Below, piece after piece: positions 37,234 to 51,583 of a stretch of DNA of 64,000 nt (position 1 is the stretch's first letter; each line of letters opens with the position of its first letter). The stretch spans positions 29,388,001-29,452,000 of the forward strand of contig NC_043018.1 of the NCBI RefSeq assembly GCF_006345805.1, read 5' to 3'. The translations under genes and the position numbers were made by a program. The notes below the pieces were generated by a model. The model ran no database searches. It saw only the letters and a program-made list of their open reading frames with translations, and was not told the DNA's origin. The DNA comes from Octopus sinensis. Taxonomy: Eukaryota.

Positions 37234-38653
37234 GTGTGTGTGTGCCCCCGCCATCGCTTGATAACCGATGCTGGTGTGTTTATGTCACCGTAACTTAGCG
37301 GTTCGGCAAAATACACTGATAGAATAAATGCTTTAACGAATAGGCTTGCAATGAATAAGTTTTGGGGTTGATTTCTCCGATTATGAGCTTTTAAGTCGAT
37401 GCTCCACCATGGCCGCAGTCAAATGATTAAAACAAGTACAGGAATAAAAGAACAGGAATTGAAAAATGCCCACTGCATGTATATATGTATATATCTGTGT
37501 GTGTGTGTGTTTGCGTTTGTTACCCCTAACAGCTTGACAACTGGTGCTGGTGTGTTTACATATATGCAAATATATATGTATTACATACGTATGTGACCGG
37601 CTCGGGATGGCATCATTCGAAAACTAAGGATTACACAAAGCGCATTGTGACTAGTGATGTATATAACAGCGTCCGTAAGTGTAGCCGATGACGTGATCAC
37701 GAAGTGTGTGTATGTATATTCTCTTTGTTTCTAGTTCAGAGTACATTGCGACTGGCCACCTACTTGGTAGCAAGGTTGTGAAGGAAGGTGTCTTGTTTTA
37801 ACCATAGTTCTTTAAATCTTAAGGTCTTGCGCAGGGTTTTATAGTCCCAGATATCGTGATCAATTGTAGTGCACGAATTACGGACTCGCAATTCCTCCCC
37901 GAGGTCCCAAGTCTACCATACTTTGCTCCAGACGGGCATATATGTTTGTATGTATGTATGTATATATGTACGTTTGTATATATGCATTCATTTATATAGG
38001 TTTCTGTATGTGCGTGTCTCATCGTTTCACAACCGATGGTGATTTTTATTATGTATCAAGATAGTCCGATAGAAAATGAACCAGATTTAAAGACAAAGCA
38101 CTTTAAGACAGAAAATATGATATGAAAATCAATACAGATGGAAATAATTGGGGAGTAGTTTTATGTTTTACAAATGTATTGATTTGTTCCAGCAAATACA
38201 AAGAATATTACACGATTTTATATCTTCATTTAATACTAAATATATTCTTTTAATATGCTTTTCTACAGTTTCCTTCTACCAAATCCACTCACAAGGCTTT
38301 GGTCGGCGAGAGGCTATAGTATAAGTTACTTGCCCAAGGTCACACGCAATGGGACTGAACCCGGAACCATGTGGTTCGTAAGCAAGCTACTTACGACACA
38401 TGTGCTTTTTATTTTCGAAATTTTGAAATAGCATCGCGTGTGGTTTAATCGTGAATTGATTCTATTTTTTTCATCTTTTCTTGTCCCCTTTAAGCAGTCA
38501 TCCAAAATATTGGTGATTCTCATTAGTGTCTAGTGTAAGCATGGCTGTGTGGGTAAAATGATTGCTGTGCAAACCCTTAGTTTCGGGTTCAGTACCACCT
38601 CGTGGCAGATGGGGAAGTGTCTTCTATTATAGCACCGGGCTAACCAATGCATT

Positions 38654-39064
38654 TACTTTTTACTTGTTTCAGTCATTTGACTTTGGTCATGCTGGAGCAC
38701 CGCCTTTTGTCGAGCAAATCGACCATAGGACCTATTCTTTGTAAGCCTAGTACTTATTATATCGGTCTCTTTTGCCGAACCGCTAATTTACAGGGACGTA
38801 AACACGCCAGCATCGGTTGTCAAGGGATGTTGGGGAGAAAAACACAGACACACAAAGACACACACGCACATATATATACATATACATATACATATTTATA
38901 TACGGCGGGCTTCTTTCAGTTTCCGTCTACCGAATCCACGCACAAGGCTTTGGTCGGCCCAAGGTTATAGTAAAAGACACTTGCCCAAGGTGCCACGCCG
39001 TGGGAATGAACCCGGAACCATGTGGTTGGTAATCAAGCTACTTACCACACAGCCACTCCTGCGC
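38654..39064 (-). mobile_element. SINE family A
   Basis: Full-length reverse copy. Partial copies nearby at about 38260-38400, 38540-38645 and 39648-39775. Confidence 0.9.
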
Positions 39065-40178
39065 ATTGCTAATGAATTCAATCGAAGGAAACTGTGGGGT
39101 AGCCCATTATATATGTGTGTTTGTTTTTTTTGTGCATCTCCTGCCACCGCCACCGAGTACTGGAGTTAGTTTTGTCGACAAGGTTTCCCCAGCATCTCTT
39201 CAGTCCAATGACTTAAAACAAGGAAAAGATAAATGAAAGAAGTCCTACTCTACATGCTGTAAAGAAAACAATTCTCAGCTGTTTCCGTTGTCTAGTCTAG
39301 ACTTTCGCAGACGTCAGATGTAAACAAGTTCACTACGCACACAGCGATATCAAGCTGAAATTTGATGCTTTTGTTGTTGTTTCTTTTAAAATTTCTCTCA
39401 TAAAGTGAGTTATTAAGCATATATTTCCTTCATCACCTTTCATACTATGTTAACAATAACAATCTTAATTTTATCTTTTATCTGTTCACTTCTTTAACTT
39501 TCATTTATTTGAGCATGTAAGACACCACCTTGAAAAATTTAGTTATACAGGCAGATATAATCGTAGCAATGGATCTGGTCATCCATGAAGAAAACTAGAC
39601 GAAAACAGCTATTGTGAACCTTAAAAAAAACTCATTTGTGTTTTATAGGCGTAGGAGTGGCTGTGTGGTTACCAACTACATGGTTCTATGTTCAGTCTCA
39701 CTGCGTGGAACCTTGGGCAAATGTCTTCTACTATAGCCTCGGGCCGACCAAAGACTTGTGAATGGATTTAGTAGACTCACGATACACACATCAGGACTAA
39801 ATGACACACTGCATTTTATCCAAGAGGTGAAGGAATCGATGAATTCGTAAGCTCATGTGAGCGAGAGCTCAGAGCCAGAAATATGTACATCTGTTACATA
39901 ACAGATATCATTTCAAAAATGTTTTAATATGTTTACATATTTTGTGTTCGTATCTATAGCATAAAATATTTGTTAATCTTTTGGTATGCCGTCTATTTAT
40001 GTCTATTTAGTTGGTTTTCAAAGAACATGTTCTTTATCAGTCTAAAAGAATTCTTGAAGATAAGGAATACGTACTCACACACACAAGCACGCACGCATAT
40101 GCACATAAACACACACACAAGCACGCTCGCATATGCACAGACAGAAATACAAACCTACAAAGAAATAGAGAGATAGAT

Positions 40179-40224
<46 letters not shown>

Positions 40225-40309
40225 TCAAGGAATGGATGGAGGAAAGTGGTAAAATATTTGAGTTTAAGAAACGGAAAATTGTTATCTTTTGCTGGAAACT
40301 GCTACACAA

Positions 40310-40374
<65 letters not shown>

Positions 40375-40437
40375 TAGACACAGACAGATATATATATAAA
40401 TAGATAGATAGATAGATAGATAGATAGACACAGACAG

Positions 40438-40526
<89 letters not shown>

Positions 40527-40811
40527 GCACAGAATTTGTAATTGAAATGAAACAGATTTTGTTAGGAATATCAAAGAAACGATAATGCATTTTAAGATGC
40601 AAGTGGAAAGAAATGAATATAAATGTACGGAATATTAGTAAAATTTCCTCGATTTCGAACTGACAATGAGCTGTGAAATAATCAGTGACGTATGAAAAAC
40701 AGTTCAACTGTTATGAGATTAGCAGTTACGTGATGCGCATATGCTGCAATGAACTGTTTGGCAGCATAAAACTACCTAAATGGAAATATTCGTCAATATT
40801 CATCATTTGGA

Positions 40812-41020
40812 AGGCAACGAGCTGGCAAAAGCGTCAGCACGCCGGGCAATGAACTTAGCGGTATCTCGTCCGTCTTTACGTTCTGAGTTCAAATTCCGCT
40901 GAGGTCGACTTTGCCTTTTACCCTTTTAGGGTCGATGAAGTAAATACAAGTCGATCACAGGAATCAATGTAATCAACCTTACTCCTTCCTGAATTTGCTA
41001 CACTTGTGCCAAAATTTGTA
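40812..41020 (+). mobile_element. SINE family B
   Basis: ggcaacgagctggca...ttctgagttcaaattcc...gactttgcctttt. Confidence 0.85.
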
Positions 41021-41401
41021 GCCATTATAATTGTCACTAAACATGACTAGAGTGTTAGAAGAACCTAAATTGCTAGAAATAAGAGCTAAAAAGCTCTAGT
41101 GTTGTAGTTAAAGCACATAATTGTACACATATATTCTGACAGGGGCTATAATCGCCCGAAAACACCGATTGAGAATTCCTTATATTGACCGCCAAAGAAG
41201 AAAAATGGACAGCTTAAACTCTCTTACACGCGTTTTCATAGCGTAGTCATTTTTTTCAGTAATGCATAAACTTACAAGGTATTACGTAACATTGCGCTGT
41301 TTCACAAAACACGCCGTTTCATCAAGCAACGCTGCGTTTTTTAGTAGCAAATAAATATAGCAAAATTTTAGCGCTATCAATTCTTGGACCTAAATATATT
41401 C

Positions 41402-41600
41402 TTTTCGACTCTAGGCACAAGGCCAGAAATTTTGAGGGAGGGGTTAGATCGACCCCAGTACGCAACTGGTATTTAATTTATCGACCCGAAATGATGAAAG
41501 CAGAGTCGACCATGGCGGAATTTGAACTCAGAACGTAAAGATAGACGAAATACTGCTAAGCATTTCGCCCAGCATGCTAACGTTCTGCCAGCTCGCCTCC
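41402..41600 (-). mobile_element. SINE family B
   Basis: Reverse copy. Confidence 0.85.
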
Positions 41601-42140
41601 TTAATATATTGTACACTCTGTAATATGTGTATCGCCCCGTTGCTGCATGCATTGACTCACAGAATGATTAATATCATTATAAAAGGGTTTATCATTGCAC
41701 TGACATCCAGATTGACTGGTTGATTGATTTAGGAGTATCCAAATATTTTTCCAGAAGACACGCTTGGCCTGCTACATGTGGAGCGATCCGAAATTAATTG
41801 CCAGGATCACTTAGATCTTCTCTCTTTAATAATGTTTGTGTATGTGTGTGAATGTGCGCTCGCGCGTTAATGTATATATAGTGCGTGTTATACACAATAT
41901 TTCATCATATTCATGTGTGCAATGTATATGTTATACATGACACCTCATCATCATGTGTGTGTGTGATTTGTATGTGTATAATACATGTTGTACTTTACAC
42001 TTCCCACACGTGCATGCACACACAACCACACACTCCATCACGCGCACATTCACATATGTATGCCTGTGTGTTTGTATACATATGTGCGTGTTTGTGTACG
42101 TACATACATACATGCACATATATACATACATATACACATT

Positions 42141-42192
<52 letters not shown>

Positions 42193-42196
<4 letters not shown>

Positions 42197-42384
42197 ATCC
42201 AAACATGAAAGCACAAACAAACACAACAACGCGAGGACGTAGAACAAATATAGTATTATTGGACGCTCAGGAAAGAAGGAAAGAAGGAGGCCTAAACGTT
42301 TCGAGCGGAGCTCTTCGTCGGAAACATAGGAGAAGGAAAGATCCAGAGAAGGGAAGACAGAGGAAAAAATCGCCAACGGTACAC
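42193..42384 (-). mobile_element. Penelope-like pLTR fragment P1 with a CCGACGA HHR variant
   Basis: Paralog of 6450-6647; abuts (TA)n. Confidence 0.75.
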
Positions 42385-43310
42385 CATATATATATATATA
42401 CGCATATATATGTACTAAACAAGAAAATTAAGTGAGCTTTGTATGGATCTGCAACCTACAACAATTGCCAAATAAATATGCCTCAAATCACCCCATATAT
42501 ATATATTAATTCCTTATACTTTCCGGCAGATTAAAACAAAAATATTCTAATAGCGTTTGTATTTCGTCATTGGAGATCAACATATATTTTCAGGCGAATA
42601 TATGTTCATAACACTCTTGATTCATTATAATTAGGAGAGTTCAGAACATCCGATGTTTCGACTTTGTTTTGTCTCCTCAGTCAAAGTTACACCGCTCACC
42701 AATGAATCTCACAAGGCCTCTTTGGCTCTTGTTTATACATTTAGCAAGTATAATTATGAGTCCGAAAAAAAAAAATAAACACAGAACGGTTATGGTTGGA
42801 AAGTCTTATTATAATCTAGGGCAACGTACACACTAATATAAGATTATCAAAAAGCCACACGTGGCTAGTCAGTTGATGCTGGAGTATGTAATATGGCTTC
42901 TAGTATAAAATGCGAAAGCCAGATCTAAAAGCGTTAGCTATAGGTTTGGCCGACAGCGCTGCAGACATTGCGATTGGAACGCAAATGACCAGAGGCTACA
43001 TGAGAACAACAATAACAACAACCACAACAAAACATCATGGTGGACATCGAGTAGTAGTAGTCAACTATTAAATGTCCTCCTCGAAATATCACTGAATCAA
43101 TTTTATGGGAATTTTTTGTCATTCTCTTTATATAGTTTTTATAGATTCCAATATCTAAACAAAACGAAACAAAACAAAGTGAAACAATGAGTTAAGAAAG
43201 AAACATCTGTCTGGGATATGTATGCTTTTTGTATAAAGTAAAACAGACATTTACAAACATACAATATATAAACACACACACACAAAGACACACACACACA
43301 CACACACAAA

Positions 43311-43369
<59 letters not shown>

Positions 43370-43559
43370 GAATATATACAGATAAACATATATACATATA
43401 TGTATATATACATAGATATTAGATATTTAGATACCATATATATTTCTATGTATAACCTTTATATAAAACAAATATATATGTAATACACACATACAGACAG
43501 AGGGACAGATACACAGACAGACACACACACATGTATCTATACATATATACGTATATACA

Positions 43560-43599
<40 letters not shown>

Positions 43600-43659
43600 T
43601 ATACACAGACACACACATATATATATGCATGAAGTTGTACGTGAGTATGTTTATATATA

Positions 43660-43693
<34 letters not shown>

Positions 43694-44449
43694 CACGTAC
43701 ATACATATATGCGTATATATATACACATGTGTATATATGTATATATATATGCATGTATGTATGTACGTACACACATACGCACATACAAATATATATATAT
43801 ATACACACACACATCTATACACACGCACACACACATATCTATATATGTGTGTGAATGTGCAAGCGTGTGTATTCGGAACAAAACAACAATATACAGGAAT
43901 GGAGCGATGTTTGTTAACCAAGCAGCAGTCTTCGTCTTAATAGACTATTGCTTATTTTATAGTTGTAATCGATTCTAATGTGAAAACGAAATAAATGTAA
44001 CAGGAAAAATGTAAACAAACAAACGAGACAACACAATATATATAAACTATAGTCATTTCTAAAAGAAAAACTAAAGATTTACTGAATTGTAAAAGCAACA
44101 AATTCTAATTGCTGGTGAAATCCTAGTAATTGCTAAAATATATAAATAAATGAGATTTGGACAAATAGGAAGATGTCTCATTTGGAAAAGTAAAAGAAAA
44201 TACTTGAAGAACTTGAAGAACAGAATAATTGCTTGGAACTGTACGGGTGCAGGCTCGGCTGTGTAGGTAAGAATCTCGCTTTGACACCGTGTCGTTACGA
44301 GTTCATTGTATGCACCCTGGACAAGTGTCTGCTACCGTAGCGTGCGGGAAGAACAATACTCTGAGTGAATTTCGTTGACAAAAAGTGTCCAGGAGACGAT
44401 TGTGCGTGTATATAAATAGAGATATACACATATTTGCATATATACATAT

Positions 44450-44632
44450 ATGATAGATCGCTAGCCACTACACATTATTTTCTCTCCTTGTTTCTCTATG
44501 TCTTCCTTTCTGTGGAAGAGCGAAGGCTCGAAACTTTAAAGACTTTTTCACTTCCGAGCGTCACACTAATATATCTGTTTGCTGTCTACACTACCTGTCT
44601 TCGTCTTTTGTTTTTTTCTGAATTCTCCCTGT
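44450..44632 (+). mobile_element. Penelope-like pLTR fragment (family P2) with an HHR-like motif at 44506-44541
   Basis: CUUU-CUGUGGA-A-GAGC(GAAG)GCUC-GAAA-CU-UU-AAAG; (TA)-rich flanks. Confidence 0.6.
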
Positions 44633-45163
44633 ATATATATATAAATATATACATATAAAAGTAAATAAATGACACAACGAAGCACCGATATTTACTGGAA
44701 AATAGCGAACGTAATAAATACGACGCTAATGTATAGCTTCACTGCGTATGTACTAGTAAAGATGCGTGTGTGCAACAAACATGAAAAAAATTGTCTTACC
44801 TCTAGGAAGAACATCTGAAAAATGAAAAACCTAGAAACGGATAATGCAGTACCGGTTTATATGTATAATTTTACATACATATATATATATGTATGTATGT
44901 ATGTATGTATATATATATATATACATATTCAAAATTTGAATTAGATGGATAATACCATACTAAATTATGGTGCCTTTAACCTAAGTACCATATTCAATTG
45001 AACCTATATATATATATTTCGCTTAGGCATTGCGAGACAACCTGGTGTAGAACTCGATATACGTAAGGTCTAGAAAAAATGTCAGATGAGTATAGAGCGG
45101 TAATAAGAACAAAGATATGCCACATTAAAAAAATCGAAGATTATGTCATGAACTATATATATA

Positions 45164-46095
45164 TCTATATAAACGGCAGTTTGTCTGTCTGTGTGTCTGT
45201 CAGGTTGTACCCTCACCCTGACCACGACTTTCGACCGATTCTGATGAAACTTGACACACACATAGCCCAATGTCATAATTCAAAACTAACGCAGCGGAAA
45301 TTTTGAAAAATTCCCCCAGTTCTGAAAAAATTTGATAAATTCGACATGGGGTCGAGAATCAGAAACACAAACCACAGACTGTCTAGGGGACGCAACTCTC
45401 AACTCCATCAATATCCTGCTACTTGAAGCTATTCCTGGTGATGTCCACGTCTACAAATCTATTGATAGGACAGCAGACCCCTCCGAGCTTGCCGATTATC
45501 CTGTTGAATTCCTGAATTCACTTGAACCGCCAGGCCTGCCGCCACACATCCTGAAGTTAAAAGTCGGTGCGCCCATTATGCTCATCAGGAATTTGGTTCC
45601 ACCTAAACAATACAACGGCACACGTCTGGTTGTGAAACATTTGCCACCACATTTAATAACGGCCACAATACTTACCAGTTGTGGGAAGGGAGAGGACGTC
45701 TTCATTCCACGCATGCACCTTCAACCGTCGGACGCTGACCTACCAATCCACTTCAGGCGTTCTCAGTTTCCTATTAATCTCTGCTTCGCAATGGCCATCA
45801 ATAAATCCCAAGGCCAAACGCTACAAGTCGCTGAGTTACAGTTGGGCGAACAGTGCTTCGCCCACGGTCAACTCTACGTGGGCTGTTCACGCGTTGGGAG
45901 GCGCAATGATGTTTTCATGTTTTCCCCCAAAGGTACAGCTAGGAACATCGTATACACAGAAGTATTCGAGTGAAGAGAAGACATTGCAACCTACACATGC
46001 GCCTTCCTTCTCTAGAGGAAAAGGACTGGATTGGGATTAGTCGTTGCCTACTAGGGGCTCTTACATACCCGGACAACGCCGAGCTATGCTGCTAG
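45164..46095 (+). mobile_element. Internally deleted Helitron
   Basis: 5' TC (A|TCTATATAAAC), 3' CTAG|T, subterminal hairpin cccggacaacgccgag at 46068-46083, no TSD, inserted in (TA)n. Confidence 0.92.
45398..45973 (+). pseudogene. Helitron RepHel C-terminus (PIF1-like SF1B helicase fragment), uninterrupted frame
   Basis: EFLNSLEPPGLPPHILKLKVGAPIMLIRNL...NGTRLVV...QFPINLCFAMAINKSQGQTL...HGQLYVGCSRV...NIVYTEVF*. No ATG, and the Rep domain and helicase motif I are absent. Confidence 0.92.
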
Positions 46096-46115
46096 TATAT
46101 ATATATATATATAAA

Positions 46116-46244
46116 GTTAATCGAAACATGAAAACACAAAGGGTAAACATAGCAATAGTATTATTGGACGCTCAGGAAAGAAGAAGAGGAGTGCTTAACT
46201 TTTCGAGCGGAGCTCTTTGTCAGAAACATAGGAAAAGGAAAGAT

Positions 46245-46247
<3 letters not shown>
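46116..46247 (-). mobile_element. Penelope-like pLTR fragment P1 with decayed HHR (CUGACAA)
   Basis: Paralog of 6490-6647. Confidence 0.7.
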
Positions 46248-46292
<45 letters not shown>

Positions 46293-46299
46293 GGGTGGG

Positions 46300-46597
46300 G
46301 TCGAGAGGTTAGGGATTGCGTTCACGATTGAGTGGTTGCGATTTATCTTCCCATTCTGGACGGAGCGTTGTGTTCTTCAGAAAAGGCACTTCATCTCATG
46401 TTGCCCAGTGACCAATTCGACACGTCGACTGCTGACGCGTAGTACACCGTGCACATTTTCGGTCAACGTTGATTTGAAGGAGCGAGTGCTTTTATATATG
46501 TGGTACGAACATTTTATCACTATAAACAAATCATTTGTGCAAGTCGTTCGGCAACAACAGAATACGGATTCGCTGTTTTAGACGGAACTGTCCATCG
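46300..46597 (+). mobile_element. SINE family E, diverged
   Basis: Similarity to 18176-18403. Confidence 0.55.
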
Positions 46598-46654
46598 TAT
46601 ATACATATATATGTGTGTGTGTGCGCGCGCGTGTGTTTGTGTGTATTCTTTAAT

Positions 46655-47042
46655 TCTTTTACTTGTTTCAGTCATTTGACTGCGGCCATGCTGGAGCACC
46701 GCCTTAAGTCGAACAAATCGACCCCAGAATTTATTCTTTTTAAGCCTAGTACATAATCTGTCCGTCCATTTTGCCGAACCGCTAAGTGACGCTGACGGAA
46801 GCACTCCAGCATCAGTTTTCAAGCGATGTTGGGGGGACAAACATATACACACATGCATGCATATATATCTATATATATATATATATATATATTCATGACG
46901 GGCTTGTTTCCGTTTCCGTCTACCAAATCCACTCACAATTTTGGTCGGCTTGAGGCCAGAGTAGAAGAAACATGCCCAAGTTTCCACGCAGTGATACTGA
47001 ACCCGGAACCATTTGGTTGGTTAGCAAGCTACCCCTGCCCCT
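46655..47042 (-). mobile_element. SINE family A
   Basis: Reverse copy. Confidence 0.85.
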
Positions 47043-47056
47043 ATAGATAGATAGAG

Positions 47057-47131
<75 letters not shown>

Positions 47132-47157
47132 ATGGATAGATAGATAGATAGAATAGA

Positions 47158-47242
<85 letters not shown>

Positions 47243-47868
47243 GGAAGATAGGTGGATGTCTGTGTGTATATGTGTGTGTGTTCATGTGTCTGTGTTTGTC
47301 CCGAATGCACCGCTTGAAAACCGATGTTTTCTGTTTTACCTCGCTGTAACCTAGCAGCGATAAATTAAGTGCCAGACTGTTTCAAAAATATAATGCAAAA
47401 TAAAAAAAAAAAATTCTAGCATTGATATGTTTGACTAAAATACGGCGTGTGGTGCCCCAGCATGACCACAGTTCAATATTTAGAACATGTAAAAGATAAG
47501 AAAAAAGCGAAAACATCTTAAAACACGAAGAAAAATGATAACTGCAAACGGATATAGCTCAAACCTTTTGAAAATGCGATAGCTTAATGTACATTTGATA
47601 CACATAAATAACGGTTTCAGACTTTGGCACAACGCCAGCAGTTTTGGGGGAGGGGTAATTCGATTGCGTCGACGCCATTGCTCAACTGGTACATATTTTA
47701 GTGATCCTGAAAGTATGAAAGTGAAGTCGACCTCCGCCGAATTTGAACTCAGAAGGTAAAGACGGACGAAATGCCGCTAAGCATTTCGCTCGGCGTAAAT
47801 TCACAGATATTAATGCCTGTGTATATATTTATTTACACACATCCTCAGACACACACATATTAATGCAG

Positions 47869-47911
<43 letters not shown>

Positions 47912-48944
47912 TAGCAGGCTTCCCCACATTTTCTGTCAATGAGATTCAGTATATCAAGGCAATGGTCGTATCGGACCTATTCTAAAAAGACACTTGCTCA
48001 AGGTGCCGCGTGTTTGGACCGTATCCGAAACCACTTAGTCGTAAACAGATCTTCATTACCACACGTCTATACTTCTTTTTGTTTCTTTTTTGTTTTTCCT
48101 TTTTCTACTCATGATCAAAGAACAGAATTATCTGAAGTGATTCATCATTTGCTTATGTATTTTTTTCCTTTTTTTCTTTTCACCTGTTTCGGGTAACGTA
48201 TGTTAGTCACGAACACACAACACTGTTGGTCAGAGGATATCAATCATCCATACATTAGCCTTGTTATCCGATATCCATCAGTAGCTGCCATCACCTTAGC
48301 TTAATAAACATAAATATAGAATTAGGAATTCTCTCCACAGACGATCGCAGCTAACGGAGACGTTAGAATATTGGTATTTTGCGTTTGTCTCCCGGCAAAT
48401 TACGTGCGAAAGGAAAATGCTTTGTTTACTTATTACCTCATGGGTATTGCATTGTGGGAAATTCCACAAACTGCAGTGCTGCCCTCAACTCAACATCCTA
48501 TTGTGGACATAATAGTCCAGGCTGGTATTTAAATGACCTTAGTACATGTTTTTAAGTCTGGTTCTTTCTATCTCGGTCGATTTTGCCGAAAATCTAGTTA
48601 CGGGAATGCAAACAAACCAACACTAATTTCGAAGTTGTGCTGAGGAGAAACACAAGCATGACGACACACACGAACATATATATCACATACGCACACACAC
48701 ACACACACACACACACGTAAGAATGTAAACACACACACACGCACAACTGAACATTTAAGACGGGCTTCCGCACCGTTTCCGTTTACCATATTCACTCAGT
48801 TGCCATTGCTCGGCCTGGGACTGTAGCAAAACATGCTTTACTCAAGGTGATGTACAGCGGGATTGAACCCAAAACCACGTTGTGCTAAGATCCAGATCAG
48901 ATTCTAGCTGTAGCCATCACTTTTGTCCCCCGTCATGCTTTCTC

Positions 48945-49490
48945 TGTGTGTGTATGTGTGTGTGCGTGCATGTGTGTATGTGCATGTGCGTGTATGTGTG
49001 TATGTGTGTGCGCGTGCCTGTGTGTATGTGAGTGCATATGTGTGTATGTGTGTGTGCGTGCATGTGTATATGTGTGTGCGTACATGTGTGTATGTGTGTG
49101 TGCGTGAATGTGTGTGTGTGTGTGTTCATGCATGTGTGTATGTGTGTGAGTGCATGTGTGCATGTGTGTGCGTGCGTGTATGTGTGTATGTGTGTGTGCG
49201 TGCATGTGTGTATGTGCGTGCATATGTGTGTACGTACATGTGTGTATGTGTGTGTGTGCGTGCATGTGTATGTGTGTGTGCGTGCATGTGTGTGTGTGTG
49301 TTCATGCATGTGTGTATGTGTGTATGTGTGTGCGTGCGTGTATGTGTGTATGAGTGTGTGTACGTGCATATGTGTATATGCGTGCATATGTGTGTACGTA
49401 CATGTGTATATGTGTGTGCGTGCATGTGTGCATGTGTGCGTGCGTGCATGTGTGCATGTGTGTGTGCATGCATGTGTGTACGCGTGTGTA
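48945..49490. repeat. Complex (TG)/(TGCA)/(TGCG) alternating purine-pyrimidine satellite
   Basis: Read directly from the sequence. Confidence 0.9.
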
Positions 49491-50601
49491 CAGAGCGAGA
49501 CAGCCAGAGAGACAGTCAATAATTAGTGTTTCATGTATATATACATATAGAAAGTGAGAGGGGTAGAGGAATGAGTGTTTAAATTTCGATAATGTAATAC
49601 AGCTTTTATTTTTATCAATTTCGCTATTCTTATTGAAACCGCCGCCTGGCTCCGCAGGCTAATTGTCCAATGCCGCCCAACTGGACATAATAAATAATAA
49701 AATGATGTCGGTCTATATATATTTTGAACTTTAGGATCTATTAATTTTCGTTTTATATTTTGATAAATCGACTTTTATCTTAACAGAATTTATGGGTGAA
49801 TTCATGAAGACAAAGAGGTCAAAATAATGCCAAGAAATTTTGTACTACAACAATACTTATCTTTAGTGAAGTCACTAAAACATTACAGAGAGCATTTGAA
49901 CTTTTAAAGATTTTCTTCACACAAATCAAATTAATATAAAGAAAACGAAATTTAATCCCATTATGTGTGTATCACAATGTTACAGGGATTGGATAATTTT
50001 TTTGTTCGTACAGTAAGCTACAAAATTCTTACATTGTCTCGATTTCTTGTGATTCTCACCGCCTCATTGTCCTAGCAGACAATATGGAAAAAGCGTTGCC
50101 CTCGATGAAGTGCTGAATCAGCCACTTTGACCCACGACAGACTCATTGCATGATCATGATTATATACATTTGGTCTATTTGCATGCTCTCGACACACACA
50201 TGAGGTGATAAGAATTAATCTGGAATCACAAATTAATTACTTAAGTTGATTGCTTTTCAAATGAGGATATCTGAGGAAGTAAATGTTCAATAATGCCATT
50301 ACACACGTCGCATATATTGTATAACTTTATAATGTGGGATGGAATAAACAACGTTCGTTTCTGGAAACGTTCTTGATATCGATTCAACTCAATTTTCCCT
50401 CAATTGTGTGTGTGTGTGTGTGGTGTGTGTGTGTGTGTGTAGTTCTGTTTGTCTGTTTTCAGATTATTGTTGCAGTGGCGGGAAAAAGGATCTTTCCACA
50501 TTTAAGTTCCCGATAGCTACCATGTGTAAAAGCGCTTCATGTTACAAAATGCCCGCACAATTTTATATCACTATTTGGCGAAGATTATATATATATTTAT
50601 A

Positions 50602-51013
50602 GGCGCAGGAGTGGCTGTGTGGTAAGTAGCTTGCTTACCAACCACATGGTTCCGGGTTCAGTACCATTGCGTGGCATCTTGAGCAAGTGTCTTCCACTAT
50701 AGCCTCGGGCCGACGAAAGCCTTGTGAGTGGATTTGTTAGACGGAAACTGAAAGAAGCCCGTCGTATATATGTTTACATATATATATATATATGTGTGTG
50801 CGTGTATGTTTGTGTGTCTGTGTTTGTCCCCCTAGCATTGCTTGACAACCGATGCTGGTGTGTTTATGTCCCCGTCACTTAGCGGTTCGGCAAAAGATAC
50901 CGATAGAATAAGTACTGGGCTTACAAAGAATAAGTTCCGGGGTCGAGTTGCTCGACTAGAGGCGGTGCTCCAGCATGGCCGCAGTCAAATGACTGAAACA
51001 AAAGAGTAAAAGA

Positions 51014-51015
<2 letters not shown>
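50602..51015 (+). mobile_element. SINE family A, reference copy (tRNA head, CORE-like cttgggcaagt body, internal microsatellite, (gagtaaaa)n tail)
   Basis: A box tggctgtgtggtaa, B box gggttcagt.cc. Roughly 20 full or partial copies in the window. Confidence 0.92.
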
Positions 51016-51045
<30 letters not shown>

Positions 51046-51054
51046 GCGTTTCTC

Positions 51055-51290
51055 TTACATGTTTCAGTCATTTGATTGCGGCCATGCTGGAGCACCGCCT
51101 TTACTCGAACAAATCAATCCCAGGACCTATTCTTTGAAAGACTGGTACTTATATTGGTCTCTTTTGTCTAAACTTCGAAATTACAGACATGTAAACACGC
51201 CAACATCGGATATATATATATATATATATATGTATGTATAATGTATTTGTGGGTCTGTGTTTGTACCCCCCACCATCGCATGACATCCGA
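51055..51290 (-). mobile_element. SINE family A, 3' half
   Basis: Tail-to-tail with 50602-51015. Confidence 0.8.
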
Positions 51291-51324
51291 TGTTGGCGTG
51301 TATATATATATATATATATATATA

Positions 51325-51542
51325 GTCGGCGAGCTGGCAGAAACGTTACCACGCCGGGCGAAATGCGTAGCCGTATTTCGTCTGCCGTAACGTTCTGAGT
51401 TCAAATTCTGCCGAGGTCGACTTTGCCTTTCATCCTTTCGGGGTCGATAAATAAAGTACCAGTTACGCACTGGGGTCGATATAATCGACTTAATCCCTTT
51501 GTTTGTCCCCTCTATGTTTAGCCCCTTGTGGGCAATAAAGAA

Positions 51543-51545
<3 letters not shown>
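51325..51545 (+). mobile_element. SINE family B, reference copy
   Basis: tRNA-like head (gagttcaaatt B box), central gactttgcctttcatcctttcggggtcgataaa core, aataaagaaata end. Confidence 0.92.

Positions 51546-51583
<38 letters not shown>

Noticed and set aside
45332-45973. Host PIF1 helicase gene
   Set aside because: It lies inside Helitron termini, has no ATG and lacks the N-terminal helicase motifs.
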